Shown here: positions 30,422 through 41,514 of the stretch, piece by piece
Numbering within the stretch: position 1 is the first letter of the stretch
Layout of the letters: every line of letters begins with the position of its first letter
Origin: an uncultured virus (IMG/VR IMGVR_UViG_3300029305_009261)
Taxonomy: Duplodnaviria > Heunggongvirae > Uroviricota > Caudoviricetes
DNA length: 56,987 nt
IMG/VR virus record: IMGVR_UViG_3300029305_009261
Strand: one strand, 5' to 3'
Translations under genes and position numbers: made by a program
Notes under the pieces: generated by a model
Database searches by the model: none
Seen by the model: only the letters and a program-made list of their open reading frames with translations
What the model was told of the DNA's origin: nothing

Positions 30422-30918
30422 TAAGCTTCATCATCAATATAATATAGCTTCTGCTTCTGCATATTCGGAAAAATATCCTTAAAAGTTTTATCTGTATCAA
30501 GGAAATCGGTTTCTGCATCAATAAAACCAAGCCCTTTACACTCAGGTTTTAACATCCGAATATATCCGCCTGCGTCTTTGAACTCTTCAAAGGTATAAAG
30601 CTTTATGATATTGCCTTCTACCCAGTCTTTCAGATATTTTCCGTGTTCACCTTCGACAACCTCAAATTTTTCGTTTTCGAAAATGGCAATTTCCGGACCT
30701 TTGATGTCGTCTATTAACAGGAAACGATAGCCAAATGTACTATCTTTCATAGCGTCTCCTTCTGAATTATGTAAAAATGGTGATGGGATATTAATTTCAT
30801 AATCTTCTCCATCAGTTCCGGAAAACATTCCGCACATAACATATCTATACATCTTCATGGTAATATATCCTCCTAAATTTGCTCCCAAGGAAATGGCGTT
30901 CCTGTTTTTACATGCCAA
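30397..30918 (-). CDS. hypothetical protein
   Basis: ORF in co-oriented block; true start probably downstream of the track start. Confidence 0.55.
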   Translation of the reverse strand: MACKNRNAISLGANLGGYITMKMYRYVMCGMFSGTDGEDYEINIPSPFLHNSEGDAMKDSTFGYRFLLIDDIKGPEIAIFENEKFEVVEGEHGKYLKDWVEGNIIKLYTFEEFKDAGGYIRMLKPECKGLGFIDAETDFLDTDKTFKDIFPNMQKQKLYYIDDEAYCIMEVNG

Positions 30919-31117
30919 ACCGTTGCCATGATACCAACAATGATAAAGATTGCGAAAAAAGCAATTGGCGCAAATTCTTTAAATTCTTCCCAGTACATAC
31001 GCCATTTGTTTTCATAAATACTATTACATTCTTTTTCACTATTTGCTCCGCATATATCGGGAGATAAAAAGCATTTTTTGCACTTTTTCTGATTGCAATG
31101 CATAAATAATGACCTCC

Positions 31118-31579
31118 TTATTCTTCTAATAATGCTTGTCCACATCTTGGACATCTATCTACGGGTTCCCATGACAAATCCGGTTCTTCTCCAAGAAATT
31201 CACCACAAGTCGGACAATAAGTATAGGATTCATGACCTTGGCCTCTCCACACAATCTGTTTTGGTGGATTTTGACGAATTTTTTCGTAAGTGGGTTCCTT
31301 CTTTTTTTCCAATTCAACCAAAGCAGCTTCAGCATCTTCTTGGGATGAATAATGTTTACTTTTATCAAATTCAGAAAACTTAATAATGCTTTCTGTAACA
31401 GATAAAGTATTAGCAGGACACACATCACAATCTCCGCCGCAAGCTTTTCGGTTTGGACAATCACTGTCAATAAGGAAAACTTTACGGTAAAGTAAACCTT
31501 GTTTTATTAAAGAAGTAATTTCATCATAGAGAACAATCATCTTATTCACTTCTTCTGGTTTTAAAGCTTTTATATTCAT
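31118..31579 (-). CDS. phage-type zinc-ribbon protein
   Basis: PK...CPTCG...CPRCGQAL. Confidence 0.65.
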   Translation of the reverse strand: MNIKALKPEEVNKMIVLYDEITSLIKQGLLYRKVFLIDSDCPNRKACGGDCDVCPANTLSVTESIIKFSEFDKSKHYSSQEDAEAALVELEKKKEPTYEKIRQNPPKQIVWRGQGHESYTYCPTCGEFLGEEPDLSWEPVDRCPRCGQALLEE

Positions 31580-31789
31580 AAAAGACTCCTTTCTGTAGCC
31601 AACTTATTTTATATAGGTATGTCTGCCAACTTTATCTACGCCTCGAATTCGATAGCAACGGTGGCTATATCCGGCTTGTTTCACTTCTAATTCGAAAGCC
31701 AATTCGTTCTATTCTTCTTTTGTTATGTCAGAAATAGACATCCATGCATTCATTCTTTATAGTTCTCTATTATAATATAATAAAAAGGA

Positions 31790-32227
31790 TTATACATTCC
31801 AGTCGATTGGTTCGTCAAAAGTATTGATTCCACCAAGTCCTCGGAAACAATGGTCGTTTAAGTTTCCAAAATTCATTTTCAGAATTATATTCCCGCATTT
31901 TTTACACACATAAGTATTAAGTGGAATGTTTCCACTTTCTGAATAGTCACTAGCACTCATTCCTTCTTCTTTATGGACCGATAAAAAAGTCTCTCTATCA
32001 TTTCCGTGATAATTATAGTAAGAAATTCTGACATTTTTGAAAAATTGATTTCCTTGACACAATGGACATTTCATATTTTGGTTACATTCTGTCTGACGAC
32101 CCTTCACCATATTTTTAGTTTCTTCACATCTTTTTTCATAAGCCATATTGCTTTCTTCTAGCTGTCTTTTGAAATTTTCTTTTTCTTGTGTTCTGGTTTT
32201 AATGTGGTTTCTAATTTTATCAAACAT
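31790..32227 (-). CDS. zinc-ribbon protein
   Basis: CPLC...CKKCG. Confidence 0.6.
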   Translation of the reverse strand: MFDKIRNHIKTRTQEKENFKRQLEESNMAYEKRCEETKNMVKGRQTECNQNMKCPLCQGNQFFKNVRISYYNYHGNDRETFLSVHKEEGMSASDYSESGNIPLNTYVCKKCGNIILKMNFGNLNDHCFRGLGGINTFDEPIDWNV

Positions 32228-32285
32228 CTTACAGTTCCTCCAGTATCTTTATATATTAGTTGTGTTAAATTTTATCTTGTTCCTT

Positions 32286-32834
32286 TCAACGCGAGTTCAT
32301 CTTGAGTGGCTGTGGTAAATAGCTCTGTGCAAAAGCATCGGCTTCCTCATAGGTATCGAATTTTAAATTATCGTCTTTTCTTAACTGGACACCATCAATA
32401 AATACATACCAATGAGTACCAAATGGAAACTGCTCAATCTTTATCCGGTCTTCCTTCATAACAGGGAATTCAAATTCTTTCTTATATACGAACTGCTCTG
32501 TTTCTTTTGGCTCCCAGTTCCAACCCATCTTTTTATTGATATAGATAGCACCGTGTTCGTTCAAAGCCTGATACTGTGCTTTTCTCACATCATACACAAT
32601 ATCATCATGAGTTTCTTCATAGGTTGTGCCTTTTTTACGAGACATTCCGATTAAGGCTTGAAATGGGTCACAATGAGACATTCCTCTACCAAACTCTTTT
32701 GTTTCCTTAATGGAGTCAAGAGCCTGTTTCATACGAGGATTAAATACATTATCCCAGTAACATAACAACTGTTCTAATGTAGTTATCTTACAGTACCATT
32801 CATGGTCTGGAGTACAGATAAATGTATAATTCAT
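32286..32834 (-). CDS. hypothetical protein
   Basis: AGGAG RBS. Confidence 0.6.
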   Translation of the reverse strand: MNYTFICTPDHEWYCKITTLEQLLCYWDNVFNPRMKQALDSIKETKEFGRGMSHCDPFQALIGMSRKKGTTYEETHDDIVYDVRKAQYQALNEHGAIYINKKMGWNWEPKETEQFVYKKEFEFPVMKEDRIKIEQFPFGTHWYVFIDGVQLRKDDNLKFDTYEEADAFAQSYLPQPLKMNSR

Positions 32835-33619
32835 GACAAAACCTCTCCTTTATAAAGTGTGTCTGGATTACAAGCTTTTTGCTGTACATATTCCATTGTT
32901 ATTGAATTCACAATTATCTTTACCCCCATAAGGAGGCTCACATTCTTTGTTTATACAAAGGCTTTCTTTTGTTAATTTTGCAGACATATTATATCTTCTT
33001 CCTCCGCCACAATATGTTATTTCTACAATTCCTCTTCTCTTTAATGCATTCATAGTATCTGTTCTAATAAATTTATTAGTGCCATACGCCTTCCATCTAT
33101 TCCAATATTGAGATTCCCATAAATAGAATTCTTCTTGTTTTAAAAGTTCTATAGCTTCTTTCATCCGATTTGATAATTTCTTTTTCATGTTATGTCTCCT
33201 TAGTTTTTTGAGCTCAGATATATTTCGCTTTTTTCTTCATCAATAGTCATTTTATAATGATTGATGTCAATTTTTTCTGCATCTATTAAAGTACCATCAA
33301 GATATACAGTATATCCGGAATTAAGTGCTTTTTCATATATGTTTTTATTGAATTCAGCAATATCTGTTTTGGCTGCCTGTGGGAAAAAGAAGAGCGTAAC
33401 CACAAAAGCAAAACCGCACAAAGCAACAATAATACAAGCAAGTGGATGCATTTCTTCGTACTTTACTCTACACTTGTGATTTGCGATTATAACAATAAGC
33501 ATTACAATGGCACAAACCAACATAATAAATAAAGCCAATATCATATTTTTAGAATCTGCAAATGTCATCATAACTATAAGCTCCTTTGTTTTTTTATTTT
33601 AGCTAATATCTTTTTAGTA

Positions 33620-33898
33620 TTATATCTTCTCAGCTTTACCTAATTTTCTTCCGCATTCCGGACAAAATTTAATTGGAATCTGGATAGTTCCGGTAGTACC
33701 TTCTCCGAAATAGTCCTTACAGGTTAATCTTAAGATTGGAGTAGTTGTCTGATAATCCAGAATTTCACCCTCCCATTCATCAGTGTCTAAAACATTTCCT
33801 GTCAAATCTGTGCCAAATGGTAAATTGTTATGATAAGGAAGTTTTGGCTGGTCCCAACCAAATTTAACATCCTGTCTTCTTTCACAATACATACACAT
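33620..33898 (-). CDS. phage-type zinc-ribbon protein
   Basis: MCMYC...FCPECGRKL. Confidence 0.65.
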   Translation of the reverse strand: MCMYCERRQDVKFGWDQPKLPYHNNLPFGTDLTGNVLDTDEWEGEILDYQTTTPILRLTCKDYFGEGTTGTIQIPIKFCPECGRKLGKAEKI

Positions 33899-33992
33899 GA
33901 TTTTATCTCTCCTTTTGGTTATTTTTTTAAAAGCTGAAGGGAGTATTATTTATTAGTAGTCATTTATAATAAATATAAATTGAACCCTCACC

Positions 33993-34022
33993 TATTAGCT
34001 AAAAAATGGTTTAAGTTGTCGG
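33993..34022 (-). promoter_or_regulatory. element-specific promoter-like motif, copy 4
   Basis: CCGACAACTTAAACCATTTTTTAGCTAATA after a terminator. Confidence 0.8.
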
Positions 34023-34583
34023 CAAATTAAAAAAAGGCGGTTAGAATAACCACCTTTATTTGGAAAGGATATTACATACATCCTCCGGAAAGTTCCTCGG
34101 AAATGATTTCCATGGCACGTTCTACATCAATCATGGAGTCACCACAGACCTCTTCTGATTCCATCCACATCTTCTTATGAACTCTATCTTCATCAAAGGC
34201 TACTGACTGGCTATTTATAACCTTAATCACTTCTTTGTGATGTTTTGAAATCACTTGTTTTAATACATCTGCATATTCTTTTGGTAACGTGATTTGATAA
34301 TTTGGCTGAGTATTTAAAGCCTCGATTAAAGTGTCTGCATTGATAATTTTTTTCATAGATTAAACTCTCCTTTATCGTCTAAAGTTACTTTCTGCTCATT
34401 TTTGTAAGAACCATCTGCTCGTTTACGAATAATATTTGCCTTCATCTGGTCGCCTTGTTCTTCGTAAGCTTCGATAATAAAGTTGACATATGCATCAAAT
34501 TTCTTATCATCATGTTCATAATGAGCAGAGATTAAATTTCCAATAGTGGTAGCGTTAATTGCTTTCATAAGGTATTCCTTTTC

Positions 34584-35198
34584 TTACTTCGTATCTGTTT
34601 TAGAAGTAGTTGTTATGATTTTCTCAATTGTGTCGTCAAAAATAGTAAAATCAAATTTATCTTCAACGACAAATGGTAAATACCGTACAGAGAAAGTATT
34701 GTTATTAAAACTATAATGGAATCCTGCTTCTGGCCATTCAGTTAAAAGCTTTGTATCGGATGGAAGGAAAAGTCTTAAGGAACCATCGGAATAATAACAC
34801 TGCATGTCCGGATATTTGATAAAAGTTTCTTCTAATTCTTCTCCACTTTTTACAAAACAATAATAGTTATAAAAATCTTGATACTTCGATTTTGTTACAA
34901 AACCTTTTTGCTCATAATAATACTCTATAAATACTTGAGCTTTGTAATAAATGAAAATGCCATAAAGCATTAAAAATAGTATTAGGGTTACACATATAAT
35001 TCCTATAACCGGATGAAACAAAATAATTTTTTTAGTCCCTGTTAAAAAAATTACAAAAAGAAGAATTTCGTAGATAAAGAAAAATAATGTAGGGAGTATA
35101 AATATATTTCTGTCTACGTTTTTATTTATTCGAACTTTCACATCTTCACAAAACATTTTTAACTCTTCTGAGGTATATTTAGACTTAATAATTTGCAT
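34584..35198 (-). CDS. 2-TM membrane protein, paralog family C
   Basis: M.IIKSKYTSEEL and DF.I.D shared with 35201..35809. Confidence 0.65.
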   Translation of the reverse strand: MQIIKSKYTSEELKMFCEDVKVRINKNVDRNIFILPTLFFFIYEILLFVIFLTGTKKIILFHPVIGIICVTLILFLMLYGIFIYYKAQVFIEYYYEQKGFVTKSKYQDFYNYYCFVKSGEELEETFIKYPDMQCYYSDGSLRLFLPSDTKLLTEWPEAGFHYSFNNNTFSVRYLPFVVEDKFDFTIFDDTIEKIITTTSKTDTK

Positions 35199-35200
35199 AA

Positions 35201-35809
35201 TTATCTTTCCTTTCTATCTTGGATTTTTGCTAACCGTTTTTCTATTTCACTATCATAAATAGAAAAATCCAAAGTTTTCGGTTCTGGCACTACTTTATTT
35301 AGAGCGTGGTCAAAAATATCAATTTTAGCGTCTCCATACTGTTCTAATATTCCCGTATTCGGATTCTTTGCTAAGAAATATAAGGATTGACTGTCTACTG
35401 CAGGTTGCAGGTCTATTGATTTAGACTGAGCAGCCTGTACTAATTCTCCACATTCAATCAAACGAATATAGCTATAAATTCCGTCTAAAGGGCTTTCTGA
35501 CTGAACACCTTTATTTTTGTAATATTTTATAATAGCTGTAAAAATTTTATTTCGCGTAAAAACGAGTATAACTCCAATTAAAATCGAAAGAAATCCAATG
35601 ATTTTCACAGCTAGATATTCTTTTATAAAATTGTGTTCGAAAAGTAACGTATATAAAACAAAAGTAACCGGGATGACAAAACACGTAACACCTAGATGAA
35701 AAAGAAACCCGTCAAGACTCATCTCCAATCCATATCGGGTTTTGGAAGACTCTTTTTCGTAAAGAGAATATAATTCTTCTGAAGTGTACTTTGATTTAAT
35801 AATTTTCAT
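35201..35809 (-). CDS. 2-TM membrane protein, paralog family C
   Basis: Tandem paralog. Confidence 0.65.
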   Translation of the reverse strand: MKIIKSKYTSEELYSLYEKESSKTRYGLEMSLDGFLFHLGVTCFVIPVTFVLYTLLFEHNFIKEYLAVKIIGFLSILIGVILVFTRNKIFTAIIKYYKNKGVQSESPLDGIYSYIRLIECGELVQAAQSKSIDLQPAVDSQSLYFLAKNPNTGILEQYGDAKIDIFDHALNKVVPEPKTLDFSIYDSEIEKRLAKIQDRKER

Positions 35810-36191
35810 ATTTCCTCCTTCTATAATCTAACTTCATGTCATTTTTTAATAAAATTTATTTAAATATGTCTTCAAATATGATTTGAGCAATATTAATCCA
35901 GTCATTTTTTAACCCGATTATATTGATTACTATCAAAGCTGTCGTTGTTATTATTGATTGGATACCAAAAAGATATAGTCCCGGATGAGGGTTCATTTCG
36001 TAGTGTAAAGTGGAGGTAGCATCTAAAATAAGAAGTAAGCCTGTAGTAAAAAGATAAACAGCTCCAAATCCTATAAAATAAATTGGGAATATTAAAACAT
36101 GTAAAGCAATTTGGGCTATATCAAGGGTTAGTGTCATAATAAATATTATAAAGAAGTATAAGACTAGCATTGTGTTTCTCCTTTCTAATTT

Positions 36192-36620
36192 TTAATAAAA
36201 CCTTACTAACGCCTTGCCTTCTACTACGATATCTCCCTCAGAAACATATACTTCCTGAATAAGACCATCGACAGGAGAAAGAATTTCCATTTCCATCTTG
36301 CAAGATTCTACAATAAATAACACATCTCCCTTTTTCACATTAGAACCAGAACTTACAAGAACTTTGATGACTTTACCAGTTAAAAAAGAAGTAAGCTCTT
36401 TGTCAGAGGAAGTCTTTTTCTTTTGTTTTTCTTTCTTTGATTTATTTCCTTTATTTTCAAGTGTCTGTAAAGTCAGAATATCTGCTATAATCTTTCCTCC
36501 AAAAAATCCGCCGACTACGGAAAATACTTGAGAAGAAGCGTCCGTCAAAAGAGTCAATAACAATACGAGGATAAGGAAAGTAATGATATTTTCGATAAAA
36601 CGTTTTGTGGATGTGCTCAT
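36192..36620 (-). CDS. membrane-anchored biotin/lipoyl-attachment domain protein
   Basis: G.V....V..G..V..GD....ESCKMEMEI.SP..G....V.EGD.V. Confidence 0.75.
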   Translation of the reverse strand: MSTSTKRFIENIITFLILVLLLTLLTDASSQVFSVVGGFFGGKIIADILTLQTLENKGNKSKKEKQKKKTSSDKELTSFLTGKVIKVLVSSGSNVKKGDVLFIVESCKMEMEILSPVDGLIQEVYVSEGDIVVEGKALVRFY

Positions 36621-36984
36621 AATAAATTCTCCTTTTTTATGATAAGTATCGAATATCTCCTAATGGAGTTTTTTCTCCTGCTTTACAAAGATATACAGAG
36701 TCGGAATATGGGTCAAAATAAAGAACTGGCTTTTCATCCATTTTGTCGTATTTCTTCTTCAGCTCTTCAATTTCTTTACTCTGATAGGTTTGAAGGTCTG
36801 ATATTTCTTTCTGAGGAATATCAGTGTTTGATTCTAAATCCCACATAATAAAAAGACATTTATAAAGCACCCAGATTGCAAAACCAAAAAGAGAAAATAA
36901 AATCAGTTTTGCAGATATTGACAACAAAGTTAATTCATCTACTGCTGAAAATAATATGATGAACATAAGAATTTCTCCTTTCAG

Positions 36985-37728
36985 TTATAACAATGTGATG
37001 GCAGCAACGACTTCTCGGTATTCTGTAGATTCTTTCTTACTGCCCCATTTTGTCATTGTTTTATTTAATCCTTCATTATATGGATGGACAGTTAAGTAGG
37101 TACAATATGGAATTTTGACACCACCTAAAGAAAGATGTGCTAAGCCTTCATGACAAGCTAACATATCATGTTGGCATTTTCCGGCTCTTACATGATACTT
37201 AGCAAAAAGCTTTTTACTTTTTGTATCATTCCAAAGGTCTGTTTCTGTATTTCTTTCACTATGACATACATTCTTACCAATAAGAATAATTTTTCCAATT
37301 TGCTGTTCTGTACTTCTCAGAACCTTATCTGTAGCTTGAACATCACAGTTGAAATTAAAAGTACGTACAGTTTCTTTTCCACTAAACTTTTTAAGTTGAT
37401 GTTTTGGAGACACAATATTTGTACCTACAAAACCTCCGTTCATAACTAAAACCTCAATAGATTTATCTTCAATGTAACGAGCAACTTCTGTTAGAGCTCC
37501 GCCAATAAAAACATATTTAGCATGTTCCGGGATTTCGGTACAAATAGTAATTCCAAGCTTTTCAAGCATTTTCATGCGCTCTTTTCCCTGTTCTGTTTCT
37601 GGCAATGGGTCTAAAACAACACACCGTAAAACGCCTTTATTATGTAAATATTCTGCAGCCACAACGTCATCGACATCTGCATCGAGTTCTGCAACATAAA
37701 TTACTTCTTTTTCTAACTGATTACTCAT
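36985..37728 (-). CDS. nucleoside hydrolase-like protein
   Basis: ELDADVDD, GG.LT, MNGG, FNF..D, HD motifs of the IU-nucleoside-hydrolase fold. Confidence 0.6.
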   Translation of the reverse strand: MSNQLEKEVIYVAELDADVDDVVAAEYLHNKGVLRCVVLDPLPETEQGKERMKMLEKLGITICTEIPEHAKYVFIGGALTEVARYIEDKSIEVLVMNGGFVGTNIVSPKHQLKKFSGKETVRTFNFNCDVQATDKVLRSTEQQIGKIILIGKNVCHSERNTETDLWNDTKSKKLFAKYHVRAGKCQHDMLACHEGLAHLSLGGVKIPYCTYLTVHPYNEGLNKTMTKWGSKKESTEYREVVAAITLL

Positions 37729-37762
37729 AGTTTATTATCCTCCTATCACGACAATATTTTTT

Positions 37763-38137
37763 TTAGTTGATAAACATGACACTGTGCTTGCTCCAACTAT
37801 TTATTTCAGCAATTGTGCTTTTGGAAGCTTTTTTGTTCACTGATGATTTCTTGCGAGATAACTTCCAGAGGTCTTTACTTTCGTCATAGTAATAATGTAG
37901 TGAAGCTATCCAATTAAATCTTTCAGTAATAATTATTTGTAGCCACGGTACATTTTTGTTAGAATCTGGAGAATAATAAAATCCGTTAATTCTAACACCA
38001 GTGCATACAAAAGATATTGCTGCATGTGGGGTAGTCGTGCATTCTAATGTAGTGAGTGTAGATTTATCAACGTCCACACTGGAATTTATCACAGCTTGAA
38101 GTAAGTCTTTTGTATTTATTTTGGGCTTGTAGAACAT
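37763..38137 (-). CDS. hypothetical protein
   Basis: AAGGA RBS. Confidence 0.55.
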   Translation of the reverse strand: MFYKPKINTKDLLQAVINSSVDVDKSTLTTLECTTTPHAAISFVCTGVRINGFYYSPDSNKNVPWLQIIITERFNWIASLHYYYDESKDLWKLSRKKSSVNKKASKSTIAEINSWSKHSVMFIN

Positions 38138-38176
38138 AGTGTCTATCCTTTCTGAGAAAGATAATTATGTCGTCTC

Positions 38177-39720
38177 GTGAAGCCTCACACGACTGAAGTC
38201 GCGTACTTCCGCCTGCTTTAAGTAGGCAGACTACATTTCTACTATACAGCAAAAACTCAGAAACCATGGTCTATACAGACCACAGTACCGCATTTAAGCT
38301 AATTAATGTAGATAACGTTGAGGTGCTTCTCTTAGAGCATTGAGGGACTTTTGCCTCAATGTCCAACCTTTTCCTTTCGGTTAAGGATTTTAAGATTTCT
38401 CTGATGAAGTATCTGGCTCCTATGTTATAAGAAGCCGATAAATCACAATTATAGATTTTATCAGTAGTAAAACGACAGATGGAATAATTACCACCTATGT
38501 TTCGTTCTACAAAGCCACTACCATCAAAGGCAAGCTTTGATGTATTCCACGCACAGATGTGGTTTACATGCATACCCATATGGTGTACTTTATCAGTAAC
38601 GATTGCTTGTACTTCTTTGCAACGCCAAAGATGTAATCTTTGTTTCTTAGAACCTTTCTTTTTACCAGACTTATCTAAGTGTTCAAACACAACAGTATCA
38701 GCATTATAATAAGCAGCTACATCCGCTATAGATTGAGCTGTTTTCACTGATATGTCGTGGTTAATACCCTTGGCTCTAGCCCACAGTCTAGGCATGTGTT
38801 TTACCCCATGTTGCTGTGCTTTCTTTATCCTGTTAACTGCATGGTTCAGAGAGTATTGTTCTTTATTAAGACGACAAAAATGTCTGCCTAAGATAGTGCC
38901 ATCTGATTTCATGACAGTAACGGTTGCCGGGTTATTTATCCCTAAATCTACAGCAACAATGGTCTGGTTAAATATGTCAGTATCAGAAAGATTTACACTC
39001 TCTTCAAAAGGAAAGTCCAAAAACCACTCCTTACCTCTCTTTTGAAGTGTAGGAGCACATTTCTTTCTGTTACTACAGCGTTTGTTTATGTAATCAACAT
39101 CAGATTTACGCAAGGCTATGGTTACCCAATCCCATGTATTTCTAACAAAGACTTTTACTTCTGCTTGATAAGTATCCAATTGGTTATACATGTTATCTCT
39201 GTATAGTGTTGGATAAATAAATCCAGCTTTAGGTAACGATGGTTCTTTACCAACAGGATTTAACTTCCAGTTTTTTAGGTTAGAATGATAACTGGATACT
39301 TTGCCTATAGCTTCCTGTATGACTGCTCTTCTGAGATAACTAGGAAACTTATAAAACTTACTGTTAAAGTCATACTTTGGGTTTGGATTTTTCTTGGTCT
39401 GATGAATTAGTTTTTCTACGTAGTTTACACGTTCTTTGGATAACTCTACAGCTTCGATATCTTCCCATTCCTTTAAACAGACATCAATGAGGTAATCTAC
39501 AGCATTACGATAGATGGCTACGGTTTGTTTAAAGATATGGTTATAATGTTTGATTTTTACTTTATAAGTAGTCATTATCTTCATGGTGGTGTACCTCCTT
39601 TCTGTTTGATTTGGGAATAGATTTAACCAGTATGGTTATGGTAAAAATGATAGGATTTTTGGTCTTTTTACGAGAGATTTATACCACACCTAACTGATGA
39701 CTAAAGTCACGAGAGTGCGG
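38177..39720 (-). mobile_element. non-autonomous IS200/IS605-family (tnpB-only) element
   Basis: Subterminal hairpins GTGACTTTAGTCA and CGCGACTTCAGTCGTG; right end ...GGCTTCAC; no tnpA; inserted in the last codons of 39679..40080. Confidence 0.75.
38271..39584 (-). CDS. tnpB: RNA-guided endonuclease TnpB
   Basis: RuvC motifs VAVDLG, VFEHL, NCDLSASYNI. Confidence 0.85.
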   Translation of the reverse strand: MKIMTTYKVKIKHYNHIFKQTVAIYRNAVDYLIDVCLKEWEDIEAVELSKERVNYVEKLIHQTKKNPNPKYDFNSKFYKFPSYLRRAVIQEAIGKVSSYHSNLKNWKLNPVGKEPSLPKAGFIYPTLYRDNMYNQLDTYQAEVKVFVRNTWDWVTIALRKSDVDYINKRCSNRKKCAPTLQKRGKEWFLDFPFEESVNLSDTDIFNQTIVAVDLGINNPATVTVMKSDGTILGRHFCRLNKEQYSLNHAVNRIKKAQQHGVKHMPRLWARAKGINHDISVKTAQSIADVAAYYNADTVVFEHLDKSGKKKGSKKQRLHLWRCKEVQAIVTDKVHHMGMHVNHICAWNTSKLAFDGSGFVERNIGGNYSICRFTTDKIYNCDLSASYNIGARYFIREILKSLTERKRLDIEAKVPQCSKRSTSTLSTLISLNAVLWSV

Positions 39721-40080
39721 TGTCGTCTCTTCAAAGATAATAATTTCGTATTTTAAATCTTGAGTTAAGAGAGTAGCTGGAAGAACACCGTCAATTACCA
39801 ACTGTTTTATCTTGTCAAGTATATATGGTTCATACATATCCACTGTTTTTTTGCCAATTTTTACAGTTGGAAAATCATATTCGTCGCCATCGGCTAAAAC
39901 ATGCCCTAAGTATAGGTAACTGCCATCCATAGGGTCATCAAAAAATTGAATATAACCCTTTCGCTGATTGTTAGTCATGTTTTCTCCTTCTTTGGTCCAT
40001 TTCCAGTCTTCATATTTATCTGTTCGAAAAGGCGTTAAATCACAACCTGCAATAACGTAATAATTTCGATTCATACTCAT
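39679..40080 (-). CDS. hypothetical protein, C-terminus altered by the IS insertion
   Basis: Removing the IS restores ...IIFEETT-stop. Confidence 0.6.
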   Translation of the reverse strand: MSMNRNYYVIAGCDLTPFRTDKYEDWKWTKEGENMTNNQRKGYIQFFDDPMDGSYLYLGHVLADGDEYDFPTVKIGKKTVDMYEPYILDKIKQLVIDGVLPATLLTQDLKYEIIIFEETTPHSRDFSHQLGVV

Positions 40081-40155
40081 AAATGCTTACCTCTTTTTAT
40101 CCAATCATGACCGCTTTTTAATACTTATTTATAGTAACTGATATTGTTTTCTACT

Positions 40156-40185
40156 TATTAGCTAGAATTTGGTTTAAGTTAGCGG
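40156..40185 (-). promoter_or_regulatory. element-specific promoter-like motif, copy 5
   Basis: CCGCTAACTTAAACCAAATTCTAGCTAATA after a terminator. Confidence 0.8.
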
Positions 40186-40242
40186 TAAAATAAAAAGAGG
40201 TGGTTTAAATGTTCCACCTCTGAATTATCTTGTATCAAATAT

Positions 40243-41013
40243 TTAATTTATTTGAATGGGTTTGTTGTCATTTTTTAAATAGTTGATGCCATCGATATAA
40301 GCGTATGGCAATTCGCTTCCCCACTGGGTACTATACAAGCCGACTGAAGCAAAATTGTGGATTTCAACCAAAGCTGTTCCTTTATCACCGACCATAACAT
40401 CAATGGTGTAACTTTTTAACCACTTTTCATTCAATGTAATTAAATTCACTGCTATTTGAAGAAGATGCATATCCGGCTGGTATAATGGGCTACCATTATA
40501 AAGACCGATGTTTTCGATTTTACCGTTTATAACATAAACCCGATACTCTGCTTTATAATTAAACAAACTGCTAACTTGAAACAGGTGGTCTTTGTTTAAT
40601 GAAAGTGTTGTATCATATTTATTTTTTGGTGTATATTCAAAAGCCTTTTTTACATCCCAATGGTTTACGTTTAAAATTGATGCAAAATTTTTTAAACCAG
40701 AAACATCTTTTAAGAAAAATTCTCCTTGCTCTGGGATTTCTGTCCATGGAACAATTCGATAGTCTCGTTTTAAAAACTCCTCGGTTCTAAGATAAATAGG
40801 AATCTCTATTGGATTCTCGTGGAGTCCTAAAGCTTTCTCCACAAACCGGATATCGCCCACAGGAATCTGATTATCTTCTATTTTTCCGGTAAGACTATCA
40901 GCAGTAATTGTTTGATATGTATGAATATATTTAGAACGTTTGAGTTCATCAATCAAGAATTGTTCTTCTAACTCTAGTCCTTTTGCATTTGTTTGGATTA
41001 AGAAATCTGCCAT
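40243..41013 (-). CDS. ATP-grasp domain protein (DUF4343/R2K-like)
   Basis: PVG.I.FV, FLKR, F.K....K.F, EYRV.V, YTIDV, VE.H...S.GLY. Confidence 0.7.
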   Translation of the reverse strand: MADFLIQTNAKGLELEEQFLIDELKRSKYIHTYQTITADSLTGKIEDNQIPVGDIRFVEKALGLHENPIEIPIYLRTEEFLKRDYRIVPWTEIPEQGEFFLKDVSGLKNFASILNVNHWDVKKAFEYTPKNKYDTTLSLNKDHLFQVSSLFNYKAEYRVYVINGKIENIGLYNGSPLYQPDMHLLQIAVNLITLNEKWLKSYTIDVMVGDKGTALVEIHNFASVGLYSTQWGSELPYAYIDGINYLKNDNKPIQIN

Positions 41014-41092
41014 AATAACTACTCCTCATCTTCATAGAGATAGCTGATATAATAATTTAACATAAATTCTCTTAAAGTTATAACAGCCCTTT

Positions 41093-41497
41093 CTACATCA
41101 TAGTTCGTTCCGGATGACAATCATCATATTTTTGTAGCAACAAGTCTTCTTGATAATAGTCATTACGAGCTAATAATTCTAACATTGAGTTTCTCTGGTC
41201 ATCATTATTGGCCTTTTCCAAATGAAGAACCATAAATTCTTTTTGAGAATCAGATAATAATTGAATGCGAGATGAAAAACCTTCTGTTACTCTGAAACGA
41301 AATGATGCACCTCTTGATGTGAACGAAACCCATCCGGAATCAAACAAAAAATCTTCATAAGTAAGACGGTTTTTATATTGAAATGTTTTGTTCGGATAAT
41401 ACTCGGAAACTAACTTTTTTGCAGTGTCAAGATGTTCCCAAGATTCACATTCAATAAAAGTTCCATCCGGAGATAAAAATCCACATAAACTTTTCAT
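41093..41497 (-). CDS. hypothetical protein
   Basis: GFLSPDG.F..C...EH motif. Confidence 0.6.
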   Translation of the reverse strand: MKSLCGFLSPDGTFIECESWEHLDTAKKLVSEYYPNKTFQYKNRLTYEDFLFDSGWVSFTSRGASFRFRVTEGFSSRIQLLSDSQKEFMVLHLEKANNDDQRNSMLELLARNDYYQEDLLLQKYDDCHPERTMM

Positions 41498-41514
41498 ATA
41501 AATCTCCTTTATAT

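Noticed and set aside
38271..39584. Cas12f CRISPR effector
   Set aside because: No CRISPR array or cas genes; IS200/IS605-type end hairpins are present.
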